This document shows, one piece after another, positions 49,836 through 59,262 of a DNA stretch of 64,000 nucleotides. A program made the translations under genes and the position numbers. How positions within the stretch are numbered: the first letter of the stretch is position 1; each line of letters opens with the position of its first letter. The stretch is from an uncultured Candidatus Saccharibacteria bacterium (GTDB taxonomy: Bacteria > Patescibacteriota > Saccharimonadia > Saccharimonadales > Saccharimonadaceae): NCBI GenBank assembly GCA_964454245.1, contig CAYVSX010000001.1, forward strand, positions 7,379 to 71,378, written 5' to 3'. The notes beneath the pieces were generated by a model, which had not been told where the DNA came from, searched no databases, and worked only from the letters and a program-made list of their open reading frames with translations.

Positions 49836-50582
49836 ATGGCTAAGCCGATATTGGTGGTAAAGGTTGGTACTAGCACCCTGCTAGGTACCGACGAGCAGCC
49901 AAGCGTGACGTTTGATTACGTGGCCGAAAGTATTCGCCAGCTACGCACCGATTACGATATTGTGTTGGTGACATCGGGTGCGATTGGCTTTGGCGTGCGG
50001 CAGATTGGCTTGCCAGAGCGGCCCAGTAAGGTATACGACCTGCAGGCCCTGAGCATGATTGGGCAGGTGGGGTTGCTGCGCCGCTGGCGCGAGGCCTTTG
50101 AGGGTATAACGGTGGGGCAGGTGCTGGTGACACGCCAAGACCTAGAGCGCACCACTACGGCTGGGCATTTTCGCGATAGCGTGGGCGCGGTGTGGGGCTA
50201 TAACGCACTGCCGATTATTAACGAAAACGATGCCGTGGGCACCGAAGAGATTAGCTTTGGCGATAACGACCGCCTGGCGGCCGAAGTGGCCGTGGCGCTG
50301 GGGGCGGAAAAATTAGTGATACTAACCGACCAAGATGGTATTCAGGCTGATTTTGGTACGGCGAATCAGCGCCGGCTGGAGCGGGTGAGTATCGGCGAAA
50401 TCGATACCCATATCCAGGCGACAAAATCTACCATGGGCAAGGGTGGTGCTAGTAGCAAAGTGCAGGCCGCACGCGTGGCGCTAGAGGGCGACGTGGCGGT
50501 ATTTATCGCCCATGCGGCCAAGCCTGGCTCGGTACAGGCAGCTTTGGCTGGCAAAGTGGGTACAAAAGTTGTACAATTATAG
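49836..50582 (+). CDS. proB: Glutamate 5-kinase (no PUA domain)
   Basis: VVKVGTS, VTSGAI, PIINENDAV, FGDNDRLAA. Confidence 0.9.
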   Translation: MAKPILVVKVGTSTLLGTDEQPSVTFDYVAESIRQLRTDYDIVLVTSGAIGFGVRQIGLPERPSKVYDLQALSMIGQVGLLRRWREAFEGITVGQVLVTRQDLERTTTAGHFRDSVGAVWGYNALPIINENDAVGTEEISFGDNDRLAAEVAVALGAEKLVILTDQDGIQADFGTANQRRLERVSIGEIDTHIQATKSTMGKGGASSKVQAARVALEGDVAVFIAHAAKPGSVQAALAGKVGTKVVQL

Positions 50583-50587
50583 CTAAT

Positions 50588-51826
50588 ATGCGATTATCAC
50601 AAAATTTTACCAAAACACTTAGAGATGCGCCTGCTGATGAGGTGGCGCTGAACGCCCAGCTGCTGATACGGGCTGGCTATGTATATAAAGTTATGGCTGG
50701 CGTGTATGCCTATACTCCACTTGGCCTAAAAGTGCTAGAAAATATTAAGCAAATTGTGCGTGAAGAAATGAACGCCATTGGTAGCCAAGAGCTAGTTATG
50801 AGCACGCTACAAAACAAAGAAATTTGGCTAGAAACCGGCCGTTGGAGCGACGAAGTGGTTGACGTGTGGTTTAAGTCGGCCCTACAAGACGGCACCGAGG
50901 TTGGTTTTGGCTGGACGCACGAAGAGCCAATTGTCGACCTAGTGCGCCACTACCTAAAAAGCTACAAAGATTTACCTATCAGCGTATATCAGTTCCAAAA
51001 TAAAATGCGTAACGAACTGCGGGCTAAAAGCGGCATTATGCGTGGCCGTGAATTTATTATGAAGGACATGTATTCGGTGCATGCTACGGCCGAAGCATTG
51101 GAAGATTATTACAATCAGGCTATCGAGGCCTACAAACGCTGTTACGACAGGTTTGGGATTGGCGATGAAACTTACGTAACCTTTGCTAGCGGTGGGGCGT
51201 TTACCAAATTTAGCCACGAGTTCCAAACGATTTGTGATGCCGGCGAAGACTATATTTATTTACATCGCGGCAAAAACATTGCCATTAACGAAGAAGTGAT
51301 TGACGACGCTGTGGCTGAACTGGGTGTAAATCGCGATGAGCTAGAAAAGGTAAAAACCGCCGAAGTGGGTAATATATTTAATTTTGGCACCCAAAAGTCT
51401 GAGGAGATGAACCTGGTGTTTGCCGGCGAAGACGGCCAACAGCACTACGCTTACCTGGGTAGTTATGGTATCGGTATCACCCGTGTAATGGGTGTGGTGG
51501 TAGAAAAATTTGCCGACGAAAAGGGCATTGTGTGGCCAGAAAACATCGCGCCGGCTAAGGTTTACCTGGTGCAAATTGGTAAAAAATCGGTGGCATTGGC
51601 TGACGAACTGTACGCCGAATTGCAAAGCAAGGATATAGAGGCGATTTACGATGACCGCGATGAGCGCCCCGGCACTAAATTTGCCGACGCCGAACTGATG
51701 GGCATACCGTACCGTGTGACGGTGAGCGATCGCCTGATGGCCGATGGTAAATTTGAATTTACCAACCGAGCAACTGGCGCCACTGAGCTATTGACCCGCG
51801 ACGAATTACTTGCTAAAATGAGCTAA
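50588..51826 (+). CDS. proS: Proline--tRNA ligase (short, no INS editing domain)
   Basis: GRW, YQFQNKMRNELR, RGREFIMKD, GSYGIGITR, G.KFADAEL.G.P. Confidence 0.92.
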   Translation: MRLSQNFTKTLRDAPADEVALNAQLLIRAGYVYKVMAGVYAYTPLGLKVLENIKQIVREEMNAIGSQELVMSTLQNKEIWLETGRWSDEVVDVWFKSALQDGTEVGFGWTHEEPIVDLVRHYLKSYKDLPISVYQFQNKMRNELRAKSGIMRGREFIMKDMYSVHATAEALEDYYNQAIEAYKRCYDRFGIGDETYVTFASGGAFTKFSHEFQTICDAGEDYIYLHRGKNIAINEEVIDDAVAELGVNRDELEKVKTAEVGNIFNFGTQKSEEMNLVFAGEDGQQHYAYLGSYGIGITRVMGVVVEKFADEKGIVWPENIAPAKVYLVQIGKKSVALADELYAELQSKDIEAIYDDRDERPGTKFADAELMGIPYRVTVSDRLMADGKFEFTNRATGATELLTRDELLAKMS

Positions 51827-51909
51827 ATTAGAGAAAACTCGGAGGGGAAATAACGCTAGTCAAATAGACTTTGGTCCTTCCACGGGGCTCTAATTAAAGA
51901 GGTAAAATT

Positions 51910-52362
51910 ATGAAAAAAGCATACCAAATTACAGAAGATGGACGCAAAGAACTAGAAGCTGAGCTTGTAGAATTGAAAGGCCGTCGTGGCGAAATCGCCG
52001 ATAAAATCGCCGAAGCCCGCGACTATGGTGACCTAAGCGAGAACGCCGAATACGACAGCGCCCGCGAAGAGCAGGGGCTGGTAGAAACGCGCATTGCCGA
52101 AATTGAAGATATTTTGATGAACGCCGAAATTATCAAGGCACGCAAATCTAGCAAGGTGAGCGTGGGTAGTACGGTAGAAATCAAAAACGGCAAAGCGGTT
52201 ACCTACAAAATTGTTGGGCCGGTAGAGGCCGACCCAATGAATGGCAAAATCAGTAACGAATCGCCACTTGGTGTAGCGCTGATGGACAAAGCAGTTGGCG
52301 ACAAAGCCACCCTTACCACGCCAAAGGGCGATACCACCTACACAATCGTAAGTATTTCGTAG
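51910..52362 (+). CDS. greA: Transcription elongation factor GreA
   Basis: GDLSENAEY, ISNESPLG. Confidence 0.96.
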   Translation: MKKAYQITEDGRKELEAELVELKGRRGEIADKIAEARDYGDLSENAEYDSAREEQGLVETRIAEIEDILMNAEIIKARKSSKVSVGSTVEIKNGKAVTYKIVGPVEADPMNGKISNESPLGVALMDKAVGDKATLTTPKGDTTYTIVSIS

Positions 52363-52375
52363 TTAGCCAGTTAAT

Positions 52376-52409
52376 AAAACTCCCCCGAAGAACGCTCGGG
52401 GGAGTTTTT
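52376..52409 (+). terminator. Rho-independent terminator
   Basis: aaaactcccccga agaacgc tcgggggagtttt. Confidence 0.8.
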
Positions 52410-52595
52410 ATTGTAAAAAATAATCACCCTACCACCCCTATATTTAGTGTAGTATTGTGTATTTTACACCCACATGCCACTAGCGCTAGCGGTATATCGT
52501 GATATTATAAAAGCAAGAAGGCGCTTGGCGCTGGAGGGTAAAAAGTAACGAGTAGTGCCACAACTGTGCAGCACACCATTTTAAGAGGGAGTAGT

Positions 52596-54929
52596 ATGGC
52601 AGAACGACGTCCACGAGCGCCAAAGGCAGGAGAAGAAACTGATAAAGAGGCGCTTGACCCGGCGGCAGTGAACGCCTTTGATTTCCTGACCAATAAGCGC
52701 GACTACACCGGCATGAGCTACGACGAGATTATGGCTGATGGTGCCAATAACGATAAGCTGCAGCAGGTGGAGCGCCGCCGCGGCCGCAACAAGTCTGAAC
52801 ATACGCTATTTATGTCGGAGCTACTGGTTGGTAGCCAGTATAGTGACAACGAATTTTTTAATACTCTCGTAGATCAAGTCAGTGAGTTGCCGGCAGAGGC
52901 GAAGCCCGACCAAATTGTGATGAGTGGCCTATACATGGGCGACTTTGGCGGCCGGCAAAAAAATGCCAGGTGGACGCTGCAGCCGGGGCTGCGCACTCTC
53001 GACGAGCAGTTCCACCACGGTAAAGCCAAGCTAGACCAACTGCGTGAGCTGGGTATACCTGTAGTGTATACGATGAGCGATAATGACGCGGCGATTGTGG
53101 ACGAAATGACATTTGAGGCCTTTGAACAATTGCATAAATTGGCTAAAAAGCACGCTCGCGAAAATGATGATAGTGATGATGTGAAGCGCCAGCTATCGCG
53201 CATAGAAAAGGCCAAGGCAAACCCAAACTGGCCCGAATATTATCGCTTTACTCAGGTTGTGGCGTTTCCATACTGCGTGCGTAGTGGCCGAGCCTTGCGT
53301 AGTGCCGAGGCGATTTCTGCGCTGACACAAGGCGAGTACAGCGAGCCAGAGCGCGAAGTGCTGTACGACGCCTACAAGCGCGTGGCCAACGGCCAGCGGC
53401 TAACTGCTAAGCACCGCGCCATACTAGATATCGACGCGCTGAAGGATAGTAAGGACCTGCAGGTGGTGGAAGATTTTGAAATGACCACCAAAACCCGCGG
53501 TAGCGAGTACACCGACCTAGTTCGCCATCGCTTTCAGACAACTAAGCAACCGATTTCTAATTACTTCGCTACGCCTAAAAAAATTCGCGGTATGTTGGCC
53601 GCTGATGGACGCGACCCGTACGACAATATCGTGATTACCGGGCAGCGCGAGGCGGCTGGCGTATTCGGCCCCGACAACGAGTCGATTCATTCGATTGGCG
53701 GCTTACAAGATCCGCACAAAGCTCTTCAAAGCAAGGGTCATATCCTAACTTCGCCGGCTAACGTGGTTGGCCGTGAGATTTTGGGTCGCAAGCGCTTTCA
53801 CCCGGCAAGTGCAACTTCTATAGAGCGTAGCGATGATGGGCGGACGCGCGTAAATATCTATAGCAAGCACCTCATGGAGGTGTCGGAAAGTATCCCCGAG
53901 CGCACCACGATTTTCTTGCAGTGCGACTGGCAGGCGGGCAATATCGCTTCACGCCCAGATTACCAGCTAAAGCAGCTCGATATCGTCAACCGCCAGCTTA
54001 GCCGCAATGCTGTGTTTTTGTCGCTGGGCGGCGACACTGCCGAGGGTCGTAACTATAGCGATTTCCCACGCGAAAGCGGCCGTACTGGCCTAATGGGCAT
54101 GGATCAGCAGTTCGAATTTGTGCGCATGATGGTGGAAGGTTCGCTAGAACAACTATCGCCAGCTCAGATGCGAAACTTGTTTGTCCGCGCAACCATCGGC
54201 AACCACGAGTATAATAGTGGAACACTAAAATGGAACGGCTATTCGTTTGTTGAGCCAATTATTGATCCATATCGCCAGGCCTTTGCTGGCCGCGGTTTTA
54301 GCAATGATGAAATCGCTGACCGTGTGCAGTTCCAAGATACGTTGGTGTCGCAACGCGGTGAACCGTTTAAGACCTACGAAACGGTATTCCGGATCGGTGA
54401 AATGGGCGTTGCACTGAGCCACTTCTTTGGCGCAGGCAAGGGAACTGGTGGCCAGCCACCAGCCTTTACTGGCCTAAACCAAACTACCGGCCTAGGCGCA
54501 CTGCGCGATGGTATTGACGTTGGTATTTTTGGCCACTATCACCACGCCTCGTATTTGCTAGGTGGAGATAAGTTGTACATGGGTGCCGGCTCGCTAAACG
54601 GTATTACAGGGTTTGAATACGAACGCGGCTTGCGAGCGGCCAACTCGATTGTCGCCCTACATGTTGGTGGTGGCTTGCCTCCACAAATAGAGGTAATAGG
54701 TGAGCAAGCCTTGCAAACTTACAAGATTCCAGACGGTCCATTTAGCGATAAATCGCTCCGCGAAAATCATGGCCTGCGCACCGATAGTAACTTTGATCCA
54801 ACCAAGCATACGCCATACCTTGGCCGACAATCGCCAAAGGATGCACTGCAAAAGCGAGTTCGCGAATTGACTATGGACGCTGCCTTTAGCGAAGGTCGCA
54901 CCGGCTACCTACCTGTCAGAGAGTCGTAA
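52596..54929 (+). CDS. Tandem calcineurin-like metallophosphoesterase protein (degenerate N-terminal plus near-intact C-terminal domain)
   Basis: C-domain motifs CDWQAG, GGDTAEG, IGNHE, LSH, GHYH; N-domain remnants SELLVG, SGLYMG, SDND. GAGGGA RBS before ATG 52596. Confidence 0.65.
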   Translation: MAERRPRAPKAGEETDKEALDPAAVNAFDFLTNKRDYTGMSYDEIMADGANNDKLQQVERRRGRNKSEHTLFMSELLVGSQYSDNEFFNTLVDQVSELPAEAKPDQIVMSGLYMGDFGGRQKNARWTLQPGLRTLDEQFHHGKAKLDQLRELGIPVVYTMSDNDAAIVDEMTFEAFEQLHKLAKKHARENDDSDDVKRQLSRIEKAKANPNWPEYYRFTQVVAFPYCVRSGRALRSAEAISALTQGEYSEPEREVLYDAYKRVANGQRLTAKHRAILDIDALKDSKDLQVVEDFEMTTKTRGSEYTDLVRHRFQTTKQPISNYFATPKKIRGMLAADGRDPYDNIVITGQREAAGVFGPDNESIHSIGGLQDPHKALQSKGHILTSPANVVGREILGRKRFHPASATSIERSDDGRTRVNIYSKHLMEVSESIPERTTIFLQCDWQAGNIASRPDYQLKQLDIVNRQLSRNAVFLSLGGDTAEGRNYSDFPRESGRTGLMGMDQQFEFVRMMVEGSLEQLSPAQMRNLFVRATIGNHEYNSGTLKWNGYSFVEPIIDPYRQAFAGRGFSNDEIADRVQFQDTLVSQRGEPFKTYETVFRIGEMGVALSHFFGAGKGTGGQPPAFTGLNQTTGLGALRDGIDVGIFGHYHHASYLLGGDKLYMGAGSLNGITGFEYERGLRAANSIVALHVGGGLPPQIEVIGEQALQTYKIPDGPFSDKSLRENHGLRTDSNFDPTKHTPYLGRQSPKDALQKRVRELTMDAAFSEGRTGYLPVRES

Positions 54930-54952
54930 ATGTGGTACACTAGTAGCTAGTT

Positions 54953-56461
54953 ATGGCTACAATGAAAGAACTGCGCTCGGAGCGCCTACGAAAACTAGAG
55001 GAACTAAAAGCGCTGGGCGTGAACGCGTACCCGGCCGAGGCGTCGCGGACGCATACTATTGCTGACATCACCGATAAGTTTGGCGAGCTGGAGGGCCAAA
55101 CAGTAACGGTGGTGGGGCGGCTAATGACCACCCGCAAATTTGGCAAACTGGCTTTTTTGGTGCTGCGCGATATGAGCGGGCAGGTGCAACTATTTTTGAA
55201 GGCTGATACCGTGGCGCCGCTTGATGCCGCTACATCGCAACTGGGTATGGGTGAGCTGAACCTGCTAGACCCAGGCGATTTTGTAGAGGCCACTGGGCCG
55301 GTTATCCGCACTAAAACCGGTGAGATTAGCGTTGATGTGCGTAATTTACGCCTGCTAACTAAGAGCCTGCGTGGCATGCCTACCAGCCAAGAGGGCTTTA
55401 CTAATAAAGAAGAGCGCTTTAGGCGTCGCTATGTTGATATGAATGTGAATACCGAAGTGCGCGACCGTTTTGTGCGCCGCAGTAAGTTTTGGCAAGCCAC
55501 ACGTAAGTACCTAGATGACCACGGGTTTTACGAGGTAAATATACCTGTACTAGAACACACCACTGGTGGGGCCGATGCCAACCCGTTTGTGACCCATATG
55601 GACGCGCTAGACCAAGATTTTTACCTGCGCATTAGCCACGAATTGCCGCTAAAACGCCTGCTGGGCGCCGGCTTTGAAAAGGTATACGACCTTGGCCCAC
55701 GCTTCCGCAACGAAAACTACAGCGATGAGCACTTGCCTGAACACATTGCCACAGAGTGGTATTGGGCTTACGCCAACTGGCAAGATGGCATGAAATTTAT
55801 GGAAGACATGTACAAATATGTGTTGCAAGAGACCTTCGGCACACTGCAATTTAAGGTGCGCGGGTTTGAGGTAGATATGAGCGGCGAGTGGGAAGTGTGG
55901 GATTACGCGACCGTCATCCGCGACCATTATGGTATTGATGTATATAATACAACAATAGATGAAGTTAGCGCCAAGCTAAAAGAAAACAAGCTAGAGGTAG
56001 AAAAAACCGATAGTATACCGCGCGGCATAGATAAGTTATGGAAGAACATCCGTAAAGACGTGGTAGGGCCAGTGTGGCTGATTAACACGCCTAAATTTAT
56101 ATCGCCGCTAGCTAAAAGTAGTGTTGATGACCCCAATACCGTGCAACGTTTCCAGCCGATTATACTGGGTAGCGAACTGGGCAACGGCTTTAGCGAGCTA
56201 AACGACCCAATCGACCAATACAACCGTTTTGTCGAGCAGCAACAAATGCGCGACAGCGGCGACGATGAGGCGATGATGCTCGATATCGACTACGTAGAAA
56301 TGCTAGAATACGGCATGCCGCCAGCCTGTGGTTGGGGCCATAGCGAGCGTGTATTTTGGATGTTTGAAGGTGTAACCGCCCGCGAAGGCGTGCCGTTCCC
56401 GCAGCTACGCCACGAAATCGACGATGTGACGCGCAGTTTGTATCCCGACGCCAATTTGTAG
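54953..56461 (+). CDS. lysS: Lysine--tRNA ligase (class II)
   Basis: KTGEISV, GGADANPF, FRNE, ELGNGFSELNDP, YGMPP. Confidence 0.97.
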   Translation: MATMKELRSERLRKLEELKALGVNAYPAEASRTHTIADITDKFGELEGQTVTVVGRLMTTRKFGKLAFLVLRDMSGQVQLFLKADTVAPLDAATSQLGMGELNLLDPGDFVEATGPVIRTKTGEISVDVRNLRLLTKSLRGMPTSQEGFTNKEERFRRRYVDMNVNTEVRDRFVRRSKFWQATRKYLDDHGFYEVNIPVLEHTTGGADANPFVTHMDALDQDFYLRISHELPLKRLLGAGFEKVYDLGPRFRNENYSDEHLPEHIATEWYWAYANWQDGMKFMEDMYKYVLQETFGTLQFKVRGFEVDMSGEWEVWDYATVIRDHYGIDVYNTTIDEVSAKLKENKLEVEKTDSIPRGIDKLWKNIRKDVVGPVWLINTPKFISPLAKSSVDDPNTVQRFQPIILGSELGNGFSELNDPIDQYNRFVEQQQMRDSGDDEAMMLDIDYVEMLEYGMPPACGWGHSERVFWMFEGVTAREGVPFPQLRHEIDDVTRSLYPDANL

Positions 56462-56473
56462 TACTATGGAGAT

Positions 56474-57130
56474 ATGAAATCTTCACTATCTCAACTCACA
56501 GCTGGCGTGTGTATTGTGGCCGTCGGCGTACTAGTACTACTTGATACATTGCACATCACCAGTGGCGCGCTAGGCACCTGGTGGCCACTATTACTAGTGG
56601 TGGCGGGCGTGGTAACGCTGGCTAATGACACTCGCAACTACTTGTGGGGCGGGGCGCTACTTATCGCCGGTATACTGTTTCAGCTGCGGGCGCTCGATAT
56701 CGTTGATATCAATCCATGGCAATTCTTTTGGCCAGTTATTATCATTTTGGTTGGCTTATCGATAATTGTAAATCGTAACAGCTCGCCAAAGGTAAGCAAG
56801 GTCGAGCGCGAGGATGTTTCGGCTATCCTTAGCGGCGTGGACCAAATTACTTCATCGAGCGACTACAAGGGCGGCAGCGTAACCACGGTATTTGGCGGCG
56901 CCAAGCTAGATTTGCGCAAGGCGGTTATTAAAAAAGAGGCTACGCTGCAGGTATTTGCGCTATGTGGCGGTATCGAACTAATTATCCCCGAGGATGTGGT
57001 GGTTAAATCGCAAGCCACTTGCATACTGGGCGGTATCGAAAACAAGCAGCCAGCCAGCAAATCTAAGGCCGCACCAGTGCTATACATCACCGGCACTATC
57101 GCCATGGGCGGCATAGAAGTAAAAGTCTAA
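56474..57130 (+). CDS. LiaF-like membrane protein (DUF5668/DUF2154-like)
   Basis: Four TM helices with WWP/FWP; C-terminal FGGAKLDL, GGIEL, GGIEV repeats. Confidence 0.8.
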   Translation: MKSSLSQLTAGVCIVAVGVLVLLDTLHITSGALGTWWPLLLVVAGVVTLANDTRNYLWGGALLIAGILFQLRALDIVDINPWQFFWPVIIILVGLSIIVNRNSSPKVSKVEREDVSAILSGVDQITSSSDYKGGSVTTVFGGAKLDLRKAVIKKEATLQVFALCGGIELIIPEDVVVKSQATCILGGIENKQPASKSKAAPVLYITGTIAMGGIEVKV

Positions 57131-57131
57131 A

Positions 57132-57425
57132 TTATTGTAGCGCTTCGCTGCTATCGGCTAGTTCGCCCAGTAGTATATCGATTTCGTCGGTTACGATGTC
57201 GGTGAGGTCGGGCACGTTGGCTTGTAGCCATTGTAGTACCGCGCCATCGTCGGATTGTTGCAGGCTGGCCAGCTGTTCAGCCTGCTCTGGGCTTAGTTCT
57301 AGTACAATTTCGTTGATTACGCGCTCATCGAGCGTGGTTTCAAAGTGCTCGGCCAGCGATTGGTAATCTGGTTCGCTTAGCTGAATACCGAGGTCGGTGA
57401 GTAGTTGGGGGGTAAGTAGGGGCAT
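57132..57425 (-). CDS. DUF5663-like small acidic protein (paralog 3)
   Basis: LLTDLGI...HFETTLDERV...ELSPEQ...WLQANVPD matches the pattern of 7520-7963. Confidence 0.7.
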   Translation of the reverse strand: MPLLTPQLLTDLGIQLSEPDYQSLAEHFETTLDERVINEIVLELSPEQAEQLASLQQSDDGAVLQWLQANVPDLTDIVTDEIDILLGELADSSEALQ

Positions 57426-57437
57426 ATGGTTGTTCCT

Positions 57438-58820
57438 TTAATTCTTTAATGCTTCTTGGGCGGCTTGTTTGGTAGCGATTCTGTCGCTACCCGACACGAA
57501 CTGTTGTTGATAGGTGTCGACGCGGGCATGCATGGTGGCCTGGGCTTGCTCTTGCTGCTTGGTTTGTAACGTAGTTACCTCGGCGCGCAGCTGCTCGGCA
57601 CGGGCTTTGTTGCGGGCGGCTACCGATTGCCAGTAGGGGATTTCGCGTTGTTCTAATATGGCAACTTTTTGTTTGGCTTCGTCTATCTGGGCTAGCAGTT
57701 GGGTGCGGTTTGGATTATCTTCACTCAATTCCTCTAGTTGCGCCTGCAGGGCCTCGACATGCTGGTTGGCTTCGGGCAAGCCAGTACCTTGAATTTCGGC
57801 GAGGGTTTGCTCGGCCTGGGCGGCCTCGACGTCGTGCTGTTCGGCTAGCCGGCCATTGTTTTCTATGGCGCCGGCAATTTTTACCTCTTGCTTGCGCGAT
57901 TTTGCCTCGGTTTTTTCGGCACGGTTAGTAATGCGCCTAGATACCTCGGCCTGGGCGGCCAGCTTGCCTACGCGTAGTAAATGTTCGCGCGGGATGTCCT
58001 TCATGATGGCCTGGCGCTCTAGCAGCGACGCGCCTTGAGTCTTTAATTCGCGGCGCATGGTACGGCGGGCTAGGGCCTGCTCGCGCTTATTTTTTAGTTC
58101 GCTAATATATTCGGCACGGCGCTTTTCGGCATTTTCGTGTACGGCTTTGTTGCGGTTTTCCATGCGGTTGGCGCGCTCGGCTACAGCTTTGTTGGCGTTT
58201 TGCAATTTTTCGTGGGCACGCCGGAACATAGCTTGGTTGCGGGCAAACTTTTTTTGGCGCAGGTTTTTTAGCCGGCCTTCTGGCATGTCTTTAAGGTTTG
58301 CCAGTTCTAGCTTTAATTTCTCTAGCTTTTTATCGCGGCTCTTTTGGGCAAAATATTGCGAAAACCTACGTGTCGCTAAACCGGGTGTATCTAGGGCATT
58401 TTTCCAGTTCGCCTTAGTGCTTTCTATCGCTTTGATATATTGCGCACCAGTTTCGCGTACAAATTGCCGTACCGGGTAGTTGCGGCCTAATATTTCAGCA
58501 TCTTTGTAGCGGATTTCAGCATCAGGTAGGGCAGCAATTTCTTGCTTGGTAACCTCGGCTTCGGCGACTACCGGAGCGGGTGTTTCCACCGTATTTTCGG
58601 CGGTTTCTATCGGTGTCGTCTCGGGCGTTGGCACTGCGGCAGAGTAGGGCAGCTCGGTATCTTGTGGGGTGACATCGGCGGCATCAAGTGGCAAAGTATC
58701 TTGCGCCTCGCCAACCGCCATTTCTTGCTCCCACAGTGCAAAATCGTCGGCATGCTCGGGGTCGATACCGGTATTAACTTCCGGCTGGAGTGGGGGAGCG
58801 GTGCGTAGCTTCTCGGACAT
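57438..58820 (-). CDS. Coiled-coil hypothetical protein with acidic Pro/Glu/Thr-rich N-terminus and basic core
   Basis: 460-aa ORF; TPETTPIETAENTVETPAP; long heptad helices; directly upstream of the DUF5663-like gene. Confidence 0.75.
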   Translation of the reverse strand: MSEKLRTAPPLQPEVNTGIDPEHADDFALWEQEMAVGEAQDTLPLDAADVTPQDTELPYSAAVPTPETTPIETAENTVETPAPVVAEAEVTKQEIAALPDAEIRYKDAEILGRNYPVRQFVRETGAQYIKAIESTKANWKNALDTPGLATRRFSQYFAQKSRDKKLEKLKLELANLKDMPEGRLKNLRQKKFARNQAMFRRAHEKLQNANKAVAERANRMENRNKAVHENAEKRRAEYISELKNKREQALARRTMRRELKTQGASLLERQAIMKDIPREHLLRVGKLAAQAEVSRRITNRAEKTEAKSRKQEVKIAGAIENNGRLAEQHDVEAAQAEQTLAEIQGTGLPEANQHVEALQAQLEELSEDNPNRTQLLAQIDEAKQKVAILEQREIPYWQSVAARNKARAEQLRAEVTTLQTKQQEQAQATMHARVDTYQQQFVSGSDRIATKQAAQEALKN

Positions 58821-58942
58821 TGTTTGTTTCCTTGTATTTTATAGTGCAATTATAGTATAAGCGGTATAGAATTGCAATCAAATGTACCAGCCGTGGCGTA
58901 CGAGCGGTAAAATAGTATGAATAAGGGTGAAACGGAGGGGTA

Positions 58943-59236
58943 ATGAAATCAGCTGATATTTTACGGCGGGCGGGGCGAAATTTACGCCAGGCCAAGGCGC
59001 GGACAATTTTAACCAGCCTAGCGATTGGCGTGGGCTTGGCGTATTTGGTGACACTACTAAACCCAGCTATCACTGGCGCGCTTAACCTAGAGTCTGGCAC
59101 GCAGCAGTTGCAGCTACGGTGGCTGCCGTGTGTGGTGTTGGTGGCGGGGCTGATGCTAGTAGCCGTGATTTCTGACTGGTTCCCAAGCCGCAAAGCAGCG
59201 AAACTAGACCCCATTGAAGCCTTGCGTACAGAGTAA
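58943..59236 (+). pseudogene. Internally deleted ABC permease (in-frame remnant of a paralog of 59979-61358)
   Basis: N-terminus RRAGRNLRQAKARTILTSLAIGVG is fused directly to the C-terminus ...FPSRKAAKLDPIEALRTE. Confidence 0.8.
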
Positions 59237-59262
59237 CATAAGTATACAATAAGGATCATAAA

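Noticed and set aside
49836-50587. T-box or attenuator for proB/proS
   Set aside because: The intergenic gaps are only 1 nt and 5 nt, leaving no room for a leader.
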